Assembly (NCBI RefSeq): GCF_001429185.1
Contig: NZ_LMIW01000001.1
Location: 582,439 to 646,438, forward strand
DNA: 64,000 nucleotides
Source of the DNA: Terrabacter sp. Root85
GTDB lineage: Bacteria > Actinomycetota > Actinomycetes > Actinomycetales > Dermatophilaceae
Direction: 5' to 3'
This document shows, one piece after another, positions 47,869 to 56,533 of the stretch (position 1 is the stretch's first letter; each line of letters begins with the position of its first letter). Below the pieces are notes generated by a model. The model was not told the DNA's origin. It was given only the letters and a program-made list of their open reading frames with translations, and did not search any database. A program made the position numbers and the translations under genes.

Positions 47869-49040
47869 GACGCCCTCCCCCACCCGGGCACCGACGTCAG
47901 CAGCGGCCGGCGGACCTCGGGGTCGCCGGTGTAGACCTCCTGCAGGGTCGCGCCCAGGGTGCTCGCGTCGTAGCGGGTGCCGAGCTGGGCCCTGGCCCGC
48001 TCCGCCCAGGCAGCGGCCTGTCTCGGGTGGGTGAGTGCGTGGTCGAGCGCCCGGGCCAGCTGGTCCGGGTCCTGGGGCGCCACGAGCAGACCGGTCACTC
48101 CGGGGACCACGACGTCGGAGACCGCGTTCACCGACGTCGCGACCACGGGTATGCCGCACGCCTGGGCTTCGACGATGGCGCACGGCAAGCCCTCGTAGCG
48201 GCTCGACATGGCGAAGACGTCGAACGCCGGCAGCAGCTCGGCCACGTCCGTGCGGTGACCGAGCAGCAGCACGCGACGTTCGAGGCCCGACGCCTGCGCT
48301 CGACGGGCGGTCTCCTCCAGGAGGGGACCGCCACCGACCCAGACGAGCACGGCCGGCGTCGCCATCCGGGCCAACGCCTCGAGCATGACCTCCGGCGCCT
48401 TCTGGAAGTCCATCCGTCCGACCGTGCCGACGACCGTCGCGTCGGCGGGCAGCCCGAGCAGCGCCCGCGCGCGCAAGCGTGACGCCGGCGACGCGGTGAC
48501 CGACGCGGGCTCGACCGCCGGACCGATCGTGACGAGCTGCTCGGGGCGGACCACCTTCCGCCGCAGCGCCTCGACCGCGACGCCGGTGCCGATGGCGAGA
48601 TAGGCGTCCGTGACGTGCGAGAGCTCGCGCTCGGTACGGATGTAGGCGTGCCGCACGGCAGCGGACTGGAAGTCGTGCCAAGGGAATCCGTGCAAGGTGT
48701 GCACGATGCGGGGCACGCCTGCTCTCGAGGCCGCCACGCGTCCCAGGACGCCCGCCTTGGCGCTGTGGGTGTGCACGACGTCGAAGCCCTCGGCCCTGAG
48801 CAGCCGCGAGATCGACCGGAAGGCCCTGGCGTCCTGGGCCGGGTTGATCGGTGAGACGAGCTCCGGCACGACGACCACGTCGACGCCGCTCGAGCGGGCG
48901 ACGTCGAGGAGAGCGTCACCCGAGCCGACGACGAGAGTGCTCGCGTACAGCTCTCGGGGCAGGCTCACCGCCCCGCGCACGGCGACCCCGCCGGCCCCGG
49001 CGACGCACCGGGTGATGATGTGCGCGACACGCTGCGTCAT
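47865..49040 (-). CDS. glycosyltransferase family 4 (GT-B fold)
   Basis: ATG at 49040 (MTQRVAHIITR...). C-terminal GT4 motif (EGLPCAIVEAQACGIPVVATSVNAVSDVV). ATGA overlap with the upstream stop. Confidence 0.8.
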   Translation of the reverse strand: MTQRVAHIITRCVAGAGGVAVRGAVSLPRELYASTLVVGSGDALLDVARSSGVDVVVVPELVSPINPAQDARAFRSISRLLRAEGFDVVHTHSAKAGVLGRVAASRAGVPRIVHTLHGFPWHDFQSAAVRHAYIRTERELSHVTDAYLAIGTGVAVEALRRKVVRPEQLVTIGPAVEPASVTASPASRLRARALLGLPADATVVGTVGRMDFQKAPEVMLEALARMATPAVLVWVGGGPLLEETARRAQASGLERRVLLLGHRTDVAELLPAFDVFAMSSRYEGLPCAIVEAQACGIPVVATSVNAVSDVVVPGVTGLLVAPQDPDQLARALDHALTHPRQAAAWAERARAQLGTRYDASTLGATLQEVYTGDPEVRRPLLTSVPGWGRAS

Positions 49041-50095
49041 GCCCGCGCTCCTGTCATCCCCGGGTTCGTCGCTCGCCCGGCTCGCGCGGCCTGCTCGGCG
49101 CGGTCGACGAGCTCGACGAGGGACGTCCCCGGACGTGCCGGGAGGACGACCTCGACGCAGTGGAGGGACCGGGCGAGGCGCTCCGACTCGCCCACGATCG
49201 ACGGATGCGCCGGGCCGAGGCCGGTGCCCAGTGCCAGCGTCGCGGCGAAGGCCCAGTACCGGCGCAGCTCGCCCGCGGCGTACGTGCCCGTGGCGAGGGC
49301 TCTCGCGGCGACCACCGGCGGGACCGGCCTCACCGAGGGTCGCGCCCCGGAGCCACGTCGGAGCACGAGGAGCAGGGACGGCGTCATGGCGGGCAGCGTG
49401 CCGTCCCACGGCTGCTCCACCCGGCCGTGGGGCATCGACCGACGGCCGGCCCGGACCGGGCCCGCGTCGACGCGTCGGGGCTCACGCAGCCCGTAGATCA
49501 TCGCCCCGTCGTAGGTGCAGAGGTTGTCGCTGACCGACGCGCCCTGGTCCGGCCCGAGGCCGGCGACGAGCGTCGACTTGCCCACGCCCCCCGGCCCGGC
49601 GAGGAGCACGCCCAGACCTGCGACCTGCGCCGCCGAGACGTGCAGCGGAACGGCTCCCCCGACACCGGCCCACCACAGGGTCGGGTACTGCAGGAGCGCG
49701 GCACGCCAGAGCAGCTCGGTGCGCCCGGGAGCCACGAGGCGCAGGGCGCGGTGGGAGGGCCCCGGGCGGGAGCGTGCCGTCACCGAGACTGCCCTCGGCG
49801 ACGGCTCGACGAGCAGGTCCAGACCGCTCGCGCAGGCGTCGGTGAGCACGACGCGACGGCCGTCTGCGAAGGCACCGCGGGTGAGCGGCGTCAGGCCGTG
49901 CACCTCGAACGGCTCGCGAGAGGACTCCAGCTGCACGACGACATCGGCGTCCCGGCCCGGCTGCGGCACCTCGGCCCGGTGCGGCGCCTCCGCTCGAGGA
50001 GGGTCGCCGAGGGCGCGGTCGATGACCTGCGACCAGCCGCGTGGCACCGACCGGACCTCCAGGGTCAGGCCGCAGGACTTGGCGCGCCGGCTCAC
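49037..50095 (-). CDS. HprK-like / P-loop (Walker A) putative kinase
   Basis: GTG at 50095 with GGAGG 5 nt upstream, overlapping the Wzz-like stop (GTGA). Walker A LLAGPGGVGKSTLVAGL embedded in an HPr-kinase-C-domain-like context. Family assignment tentative. Confidence 0.5.
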   Translation of the reverse strand: MSRRAKSCGLTLEVRSVPRGWSQVIDRALGDPPRAEAPHRAEVPQPGRDADVVVQLESSREPFEVHGLTPLTRGAFADGRRVVLTDACASGLDLLVEPSPRAVSVTARSRPGPSHRALRLVAPGRTELLWRAALLQYPTLWWAGVGGAVPLHVSAAQVAGLGVLLAGPGGVGKSTLVAGLGPDQGASVSDNLCTYDGAMIYGLREPRRVDAGPVRAGRRSMPHGRVEQPWDGTLPAMTPSLLLVLRRGSGARPSVRPVPPVVAARALATGTYAAGELRRYWAFAATLALGTGLGPAHPSIVGESERLARSLHCVEVVLPARPGTSLVELVDRAEQAARAGRATNPGMTGARA

Positions 50096-51444
50096 GGCAT
50101 CCTCCACATCTTGTGGCTGCTCAGGGCCCCGTGGTCGACGCGACGTGGCTCGGGGACGCCGTCGGCCGGATCCACCGGGATCTCGGGGGTGACCTCCGTG
50201 AGGGGGGTGATGGGGGGACGGTGGACCCGGCCACCCTCCGCGAGCGTCTGCCGGTCGATGAGCCACCGGCGCCGGAAGGTGAGCACGCCGACGACGGGCC
50301 AGTCCATCACCGCGGCGGTGCGGGCCAGCTCCTCGAGGCGGCGCTGCGCCTCGACGGTCGGGCTGAGCACGATCACGACGGGGTCGGCAGGGCGACCGAC
50401 GTCCTCGGCCGGCCGCGCGACCGTCGCGTCGGGGGCGTGGTCGACATGCAGGCCGGTGAGCGCCTCGAGCTCGGCGCAGACGCGCGCAGCCCACCGGTCG
50501 TGCTTCCTCTCGACCGGGAGCAGCAGCAACGGCCGCCCGGTGAACCGGGCGGCGAGCACGGCTGCAGCACCGCCGAACTCACGCAGGGCGCGGGCACCCC
50601 GTGGTCCCCCGAGGTCGAGCGTGGGCAGGTGCCCGAGGAGCGGGGCGTGCAGCTCGGCCGCCACCCACCGACGGCCCCGGACCCGGGGGTGGAGTGCCTC
50701 GAGGATCGCCACGAGGCCCAGCGCGAGGATCAGCGCGGCCAGACCCGCCAGAGCCACGAGCTGGCCGACCTTTGGGCCGACCGGATCAGAGGACGCCGTC
50801 GCGGGATCGAGCAAGCCGATGCTCGATCGCTCCGACGCCGCCAGGACGAGGTCGGAGCGCTGCCGCAGCAGGTCCGTGAGGGTCGGCGCGTCCGCCGCGA
50901 TCCGCGCCTGCAGCTCGAGTACCGCGCCCGGGGCAGCCGCCGCCAGCTGGTGGATCAGGCCGTCTCGCTCCTTCGTGAAGCGGCTGATCTGGTGGTCGAG
51001 AGCGGTCATCTTCACGGCGTCGCTCTGGTGAGCGGTGTTGGCGTACTTGAGAGCCTGCTGGACGAGCGAGTTCGCGACGATGACCGAACGGTCCGCGTTG
51101 CCCGTGGTGACGAGGACGTCGTTGACCGTGGAGACGCCCACTCGGTTCACGACGATCGAGTGGGTGGCGAAGGGAGTCGGGTCGCCCTCGAGCCCAGCTG
51201 CAGCCATGGCGTGACGCACCGTGTTGGGGGTCGTGATCACACCCTGGAGCCACTGTGTCGCAGCGTCCGCCTGGACATTGGTGCTGGCGAGACCACCGGA
51301 CATCTGGACCCGCGCCGAGGCCTGGTACTGCAGGTCCTGGTTGGTGGCGTAGACGCCCGCCGCCAATGACGCCACCAGGACCAGCAACCCGATCAGCCAC
51401 CAGTAACCACCGATCATGCGGCGGAAGGCTTCATCGATGCGCAT
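50092..51444 (-). CDS. Wzz-like polysaccharide co-polymerase (chain-length determinant family) with a non-kinase C-terminal domain
   Basis: N-terminal TM helix (WWLIGLLVLVASLAAGVYA), a periplasmic helical region, a second TM helix (LVALAGLAALILALGLVAILEAL), then a 170-aa cytoplasmic domain with no Walker A. Confidence 0.6.
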   Translation of the reverse strand: MRIDEAFRRMIGGYWWLIGLLVLVASLAAGVYATNQDLQYQASARVQMSGGLASTNVQADAATQWLQGVITTPNTVRHAMAAAGLEGDPTPFATHSIVVNRVGVSTVNDVLVTTGNADRSVIVANSLVQQALKYANTAHQSDAVKMTALDHQISRFTKERDGLIHQLAAAAPGAVLELQARIAADAPTLTDLLRQRSDLVLAASERSSIGLLDPATASSDPVGPKVGQLVALAGLAALILALGLVAILEALHPRVRGRRWVAAELHAPLLGHLPTLDLGGPRGARALREFGGAAAVLAARFTGRPLLLLPVERKHDRWAARVCAELEALTGLHVDHAPDATVARPAEDVGRPADPVVIVLSPTVEAQRRLEELARTAAVMDWPVVGVLTFRRRWLIDRQTLAEGGRVHRPPITPLTEVTPEIPVDPADGVPEPRRVDHGALSSHKMWRMP

Positions 51445-51472
51445 GTCTTCTCTCTCTCAAGACGTCCGGGAA

Positions 51473-52936
51473 TCAGTGCAGGACGGCGAACGGCCGCATC
51501 CGCGCCACCGGGCGGATGATCCGGTGCGAGGACAGGACCGACATCGCCGCGTTGACGCCGGCGTCGTCGAGGTGCGCCGTCTCGCTCGGAGCGGTGTCGT
51601 CGTAGCGGAACCGGAGCGTGGAGCGCCCCGCGGGATCGGGCTGGGAGGCCCCGCTCGTCGCGAACTGGTCGATGACGGTGCCCGCCCCGTGGCAGGCGGA
51701 GTGGAGGCTCTGGCCGCTGGACGGGCCGGCGACCGCGAGGTACGACGACGTCCGGTGCGTCCCGGGCAGCAGGACCGCCTGACCCGTCTGCGCGAAGGTG
51801 GTCCCGGGCACCATGAGGTGCGCCGGGTAGGCGCGGCACGAGTTGTGGCGGTGCACGACGGCACGTTCGCCGGCGACGTCCTCCTCGTAGATCGAGTTGT
51901 GGGGCGAGTCGACGACGAGCCTGCCCGGGGCGCCGCCGAAGGCGTCCGCCGCCAGCTGCCGGAGTGCCTGGTAGGTCGCCATGCGGAAGGCGAAGCCGTA
52001 GTTCATCGCCGCCGCGTTGGCGAGCATGAGCCGCTTCCCCTCGTCCGAGTCGAGACCGACCGGCGGGCACGCCGAGCTGAAGAAGAGGCGCATCCGCTCG
52101 CGGACCTGCTGGGTGGATCGCGCCGTGGCGAGGTGGAACAACGGCTTCTGGACCGCCATCGCCGCCCTCATGACGCGGGCGGTGTCACGCCGGCGGGCGA
52201 ACAGGTGACCGATCTCGCCCGTCAGCACGCCGCCGCCGGCGTGGTACTGCAGCGTCACCTGGCCCTCGTGGACGCCGAGCTGCCGGGCGGCGACCGGGTC
52301 GAGGATCTCCTCGACCACCTGCAGCTCGACGAAGTGGTTCGTCGGACCCACGGTGCCGAAGCGGAGCCGGGCCAGCTGCCACGTGAGCGCGGGGACCTCG
52401 GCGACGAGACGCTCGCTGCCGCCCCACGCCGCGAGGTCGATCCGGCCGCTCTCCTCCACCCGCTCGAGCTCGGCGGGGTCGACCCCGTTCCGCTCGACGG
52501 CGAAGCCGGCGCCCTCGGTGGCGGCGGCGACCACGTCCCGATACGACAGGTCGCGCCGGTTGGTCGTGGGATAGGGGTAGCGCTCGCGCACCCGGCGGTA
52601 GAAGTCGCTGACGGCGGCATCGCTCGGTCGGTCGCAGCCCAGGGCGATGAGCGCCATGCCGCAGTTGACCGAGGAGCTCGTCAGCGTCGGTCGGATCGTC
52701 CCTGCCGTCGCCACGGCGATGCTCGAGGGCATCTCCATGGCCGACTTGTGGTGGAAGTCGGGAAGCACGACCGGTGGCGCCACGAGGTCCATCCCGAGCG
52801 TGGCGGAGTTCAGCGACGCGACGAGGTCTCGGTCCGCCGGGACGCGGTCGCTGTCGAACACGCGTGCCTCGTGGTGGCCTGCCGGCCGGACCGACGTCGG
52901 CTCCGCGGCGCGACCGGCGATGACGGTGATCTTCAT
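51473..52936 (-). CDS. RtcB-family (RNA-splicing ligase-like) protein
   Basis: RtcB hallmark motifs are present: SVNCGMALI (metal-binding Cys), GPTNHFVELQ (the GxxNHFxE motif), VVHRHNSCRA (cf. HRKGA) and ACHGAGTV (cf. the HGAGR nucleotidyl-His motif). 487 aa. Confidence 0.6.
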   Translation of the reverse strand: MKITVIAGRAAEPTSVRPAGHHEARVFDSDRVPADRDLVASLNSATLGMDLVAPPVVLPDFHHKSAMEMPSSIAVATAGTIRPTLTSSSVNCGMALIALGCDRPSDAAVSDFYRRVRERYPYPTTNRRDLSYRDVVAAATEGAGFAVERNGVDPAELERVEESGRIDLAAWGGSERLVAEVPALTWQLARLRFGTVGPTNHFVELQVVEEILDPVAARQLGVHEGQVTLQYHAGGGVLTGEIGHLFARRRDTARVMRAAMAVQKPLFHLATARSTQQVRERMRLFFSSACPPVGLDSDEGKRLMLANAAAMNYGFAFRMATYQALRQLAADAFGGAPGRLVVDSPHNSIYEEDVAGERAVVHRHNSCRAYPAHLMVPGTTFAQTGQAVLLPGTHRTSSYLAVAGPSSGQSLHSACHGAGTVIDQFATSGASQPDPAGRSTLRFRYDDTAPSETAHLDDAGVNAAMSVLSSHRIIRPVARMRPFAVLH

Positions 52937-52970
52937 GGGGCGAACCTGTCCTCGTGGGGTGCGGGCTGCA

Positions 52971-54464
52971 TCAGTAGTCGTCCGGGTACGGGGCGGACGT
53001 CTGGAGGGCGAACACGTCGCCGGGTTCGGGGCGGTAGACCGGCAGCACCGCAGCGAGGGCGCGGCGCACGTCGTCCGCCGCGTTCCGCCGGGCGGCGTCG
53101 TAGAGCGCGAGCATCAGGGCGTCGAAGTGCTCGTGCACGGGGACGGCCTGCGCGCCGAAGATGCGTGGATGACTCGTGGGGAGGCATTCCTCGTCGTCGC
53201 TGAACAGCGACTCGTGGAGCTTCTCCCCGGGACGGAGCCCGGTGAACCGGATGTGGACGTCGCGGACGCCGAGCTGCCGTGCGAAGTTGGCCACGAGGTC
53301 GACGATCCGGACGGGTGAGCCCATGTCGAGCACGAACGTCTCCGAGCCGGTCGTCAGGTGCGCGGCCTCGAGCACGAGCCCGACCGCCTCCTCGATCGTC
53401 ATGAAGTACCTCGTGACGTCCGGATGCGTCACGGTCACGTCCCGTCCGGCCGCCATCTGGGCCACGAGCACGGGAAGGAGCGAGCCGCGGCTGCCGAGCA
53501 CGTTGCCGAAGCGTACGGCCGAGACCACGGTGCGGCCCCCCGCGTGCTTCTTGACCACCTGCTCGGCCAGGGCCTTGGTCGCTCCCAGGACGGAGGTCGG
53601 GTCAGCGGCCTTGTCGGTGGAGATGGCGACGAAGCGCTCGACTCCCGCCTCGACCGCGGCGACCAGCACGTTCTCGGTGCCCTGGACGTTCGACTTCACG
53701 CCCTCGCACGGATGCTCCTCGAGCATCGGCAGGTGCTTGAGCGCCGCCGCGTGGAAGACGACCTGCGGCTTGTACTGCCCCATGACCTGCCGCATGCGTT
53801 CGGCGTCGCGGATGTCGGCCACGACGGTGTCGTGCGACTCGAGGAACGCCTCTCCCCGCAGCTCGAGCTGGAGGCGGTGGAGGTTGGACTCGTCGTGGTC
53901 GAGCATGACGAGGCGGTGGGGCACGAAGCCGTTGACCTGGCGGCACAGCTCGCTGCCGATCGAGCCACCGGCCCCGGTCACGAGCACCGTTCTGCCCGTG
54001 ATGATCTCGGCAACCTCCGGTGACGCGACGTGGAGCTCGCAGCGGCCGATCAGGTTGGCGACGTCGAGCGAGCACATGTCCGTGCCCACGACGTCGCGTC
54101 GCAGCAGGGCCACGAAGGACGGCAGCCTGCGGACACTCGCCCCGACGCGGGCGGCGGCGGTGGCCAGCCTCGTCACCTCGGCCTCGGGAAGCCCCGGGAT
54201 CGCGAGGACGACGACGTCGATCCGCTCGGCCGTCGCGACCCGCAGGACGTCGGCCAGCCGGCCGAGCACGGGGAGGTGGCGAACCCGGCGCTTGTCGGGG
54301 TCGTCGTCGAGGAAGCCCACGGGACACAGCCCGAAGTCGTCGACTCGCTGCAGGTCCCGCGCGAGAGCCTTGCCTGCTGCCCCGGCTCCGACGATGAGGG
54401 TCCGGAGGCTGAGTCCCGGACCGGCGCTGCCGAGCCCCGGCAGGGTGACCAGCTGTGACGTCAT
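52971..54464 (-). CDS. polysaccharide biosynthesis protein CapD/PglF-like (membrane-associated NDP-sugar 4,6-dehydratase)
   Basis: N-terminal CoA-binding-like domain. SDR core VLVTGAGGSIGSELCRQ...FHAAALKHLPMLEEHP. 497 aa. Confidence 0.85.
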   Translation of the reverse strand: MTSQLVTLPGLGSAGPGLSLRTLIVGAGAAGKALARDLQRVDDFGLCPVGFLDDDPDKRRVRHLPVLGRLADVLRVATAERIDVVVLAIPGLPEAEVTRLATAAARVGASVRRLPSFVALLRRDVVGTDMCSLDVANLIGRCELHVASPEVAEIITGRTVLVTGAGGSIGSELCRQVNGFVPHRLVMLDHDESNLHRLQLELRGEAFLESHDTVVADIRDAERMRQVMGQYKPQVVFHAAALKHLPMLEEHPCEGVKSNVQGTENVLVAAVEAGVERFVAISTDKAADPTSVLGATKALAEQVVKKHAGGRTVVSAVRFGNVLGSRGSLLPVLVAQMAAGRDVTVTHPDVTRYFMTIEEAVGLVLEAAHLTTGSETFVLDMGSPVRIVDLVANFARQLGVRDVHIRFTGLRPGEKLHESLFSDDEECLPTSHPRIFGAQAVPVHEHFDALMLALYDAARRNAADDVRRALAAVLPVYRPEPGDVFALQTSAPYPDDY

Positions 54465-55648
54465 CGCGTGCCCCCGATCCGCCAGAGCGCCGCACAGACC
54501 TCGTCGACGTCGTCATCGGTGAGGTTCTGGTCGAAGGGCAGCGACAGGGTGGTGGCGAAGACGGCGTCGGCGCCGGGAAGCCCGCCGGCAGGCACGACGC
54601 AGTGCTCGACGTGCCACGTCAGCCGGTGCAGGGGGATGAAGTGCACCGAGGTCCCGATGCCCTGGTCGTTGAGCCGGTCGATGAGCTCGTCGCGGGCGAC
54701 CGGGAAGCCTGAGTGGACCCGCACCGCGTAGAGGTGCCAGGCGTGTCGGCCCTCGACCGGGCGCGGCGGCAGGCTGACCCAGGGGAGGCTGCTGAGCTGC
54801 GCGTCGTAGCGCGCCGCCACCTCGCGACGGCGTGCCTGGTCGGTGTCGAACCGGCGCAGCTGCGCACGACCGATCGCTGCCTGGACGTCCGTGAGGTTCG
54901 CCTTGAGGCCGTCGTCGGCCACGTCGTAGCGCCAGCTCGCCCCGGGCGAGTAGCGGCGCCAGGCGTCGCGGGACATCCCGTGCAGCCGGGTGCGGGCCAT
55001 GACCTCGGCGAAGTCCTCGTCGAGGGTCGTCACCATGCCGCCCTCCCCGATCGCCAGGTTCTTCGTGGCGTAGAAGCTGAAGCAGGTCGCGCGGGAGATC
55101 GACCCGACCGGTCGCGTCCCGACGCACGTGCCGAGCGCGTGCGCGGCGTCCTCGATGACGTGGTCGAGTCCGATCCCGGCTGCCGCGGCGGCGGCCTCCA
55201 CGTCGACCGGGTTGCCGCCGAGGTGCATGACGACCATGGCCGACACGCCACCGACGTCGCGCACGGCAGCGCGGATGTGCTCCTCGGCCGGGACGGCCGT
55301 CCAGGGGTCGACATCGACGAGGACCGGCACGAGGCCGGCATGGGTGATGGCTCCGGCTGCGCCGCAGAACGTGTTCGTCGACATCAGCACGCGCGACCCA
55401 CGGGCCAGACCCAGGCCCCGCAGAGCGAGCTCCAGTCCCGCGGTGCATGAGCTGACCGCGACGCCCCGGGCGGCACCGACGTGGTCGGCGAACTCTCGCT
55501 CGAAGTCGGCGACCTGCTGCCCCGTCGTCACCCACCCCGACTCGAGGACCTGGGCGACGGCGGAGCGGGCATCGGGACCGATCACCGTGCGCGCGAAGGG
55601 AATCGAGCGAGCCGCGGCCACTCGTGGTGCGGATGTGTGGACCGTCAT
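54461..55648 (-). CDS. DegT/DnrJ/EryC1/StrS family aminotransferase (sugar aminotransferase)
   Basis: ATG at 55648. PLP-Lys region (SFYATKNLAIGEGGM). 395 aa. ATGA overlap with the CapD start. Confidence 0.85.
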   Translation of the reverse strand: MTVHTSAPRVAAARSIPFARTVIGPDARSAVAQVLESGWVTTGQQVADFEREFADHVGAARGVAVSSCTAGLELALRGLGLARGSRVLMSTNTFCGAAGAITHAGLVPVLVDVDPWTAVPAEEHIRAAVRDVGGVSAMVVMHLGGNPVDVEAAAAAAGIGLDHVIEDAAHALGTCVGTRPVGSISRATCFSFYATKNLAIGEGGMVTTLDEDFAEVMARTRLHGMSRDAWRRYSPGASWRYDVADDGLKANLTDVQAAIGRAQLRRFDTDQARRREVAARYDAQLSSLPWVSLPPRPVEGRHAWHLYAVRVHSGFPVARDELIDRLNDQGIGTSVHFIPLHRLTWHVEHCVVPAGGLPGADAVFATTLSLPFDQNLTDDDVDEVCAALWRIGGTR

Positions 55649-55740
55649 GGCTACCCCTGGACGTGAAGAGACTGCGAACGTGGGCGCGGGTGGTGCCCGC
55701 TCCCTCGACGGTAGGAACAGGGCGGCAGCCCCACACCCGC

Positions 55741-56454
55741 TCAGCGCCCGAGTCCGCCTACGCCATTCGCGGTAGACGCTCCCTCGGCACTCCGACCGAG
55801 GAGCCCACCGCGGCGGGCCTCCGCCACGGCCGCGAGCGTCGAGTGGACCTGGAGCCGCCGCAGGATGGCTCCCACGTGCGTGCGGACGGTGTTGGGCGAC
55901 ATGTCGAGCAGCCGTCCCGTCTCGTCCCGCGAGCACCCGTCCATGAGGCAGCGCAGGACGTCCTGCTGACGCGGAGTCAGGCGCAGGAGAAGGCGGTTCG
56001 ACGCGTCCGACGTCGTCGGGACGCTCTGTGGGGCCAGCACGGCGGTCATCCGGGACACCGGCATGAACACCTCGTGCGCCCCGACCTCGCGAACGGCGGC
56101 CACGAGTCGGTCGAGCGACTCGTCGCTGCACACCCATCCACGGATGCCGGACTCGAGGGCGTCACGCACGAGGTCGGCCGCGCCCGCCTCGGTCAGGAGC
56201 ACGATCCCCAGGTCGTGATCGCGTGCGAGTGCAGTGCGCACGAGGTCGGACGACAGCTCCTGGCGCGTGACCGCGTGCAGGACGAGCACGTCCACCCGGC
56301 CCGAGCCGAGGAGCTGGGGCAGACCCGCCGACGTGCTCGTGCGGCCCACCACCCGCATGCCGGGTCGCGTCTCGAGGGCCTCCGCCAACGCCTCCAGTAC
56401 CAGCTGCTGTCGGGCGAAGACCGCAACCCGAACAGGTTGGGGCGCCATCGACAC
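55741..56454 (-). CDS. LuxR-family regulator with atypical (probably non-phosphorylatable) receiver domain
   Basis: C-terminal LuxR HTH (LTPRQQDVLRCLMDGCSRDETGRLLDMSPNTVRTHVGAILRRL). Receiver-like N-domain with the acidic pocket replaced (VAVFARQQ..., DVLVLHAVT). Confidence 0.6.
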   Translation of the reverse strand: MSMAPQPVRVAVFARQQLVLEALAEALETRPGMRVVGRTSTSAGLPQLLGSGRVDVLVLHAVTRQELSSDLVRTALARDHDLGIVLLTEAGAADLVRDALESGIRGWVCSDESLDRLVAAVREVGAHEVFMPVSRMTAVLAPQSVPTTSDASNRLLLRLTPRQQDVLRCLMDGCSRDETGRLLDMSPNTVRTHVGAILRRLQVHSTLAAVAEARRGGLLGRSAEGASTANGVGGLGR

Positions 56455-56533
56455 AGCATCGTTCGGGACGGTGCCTCGCGCACCCGCCGTCTGGACGACC
56501 TCCGGCTACGTCACATGGCCGACCGTGTCGTCC

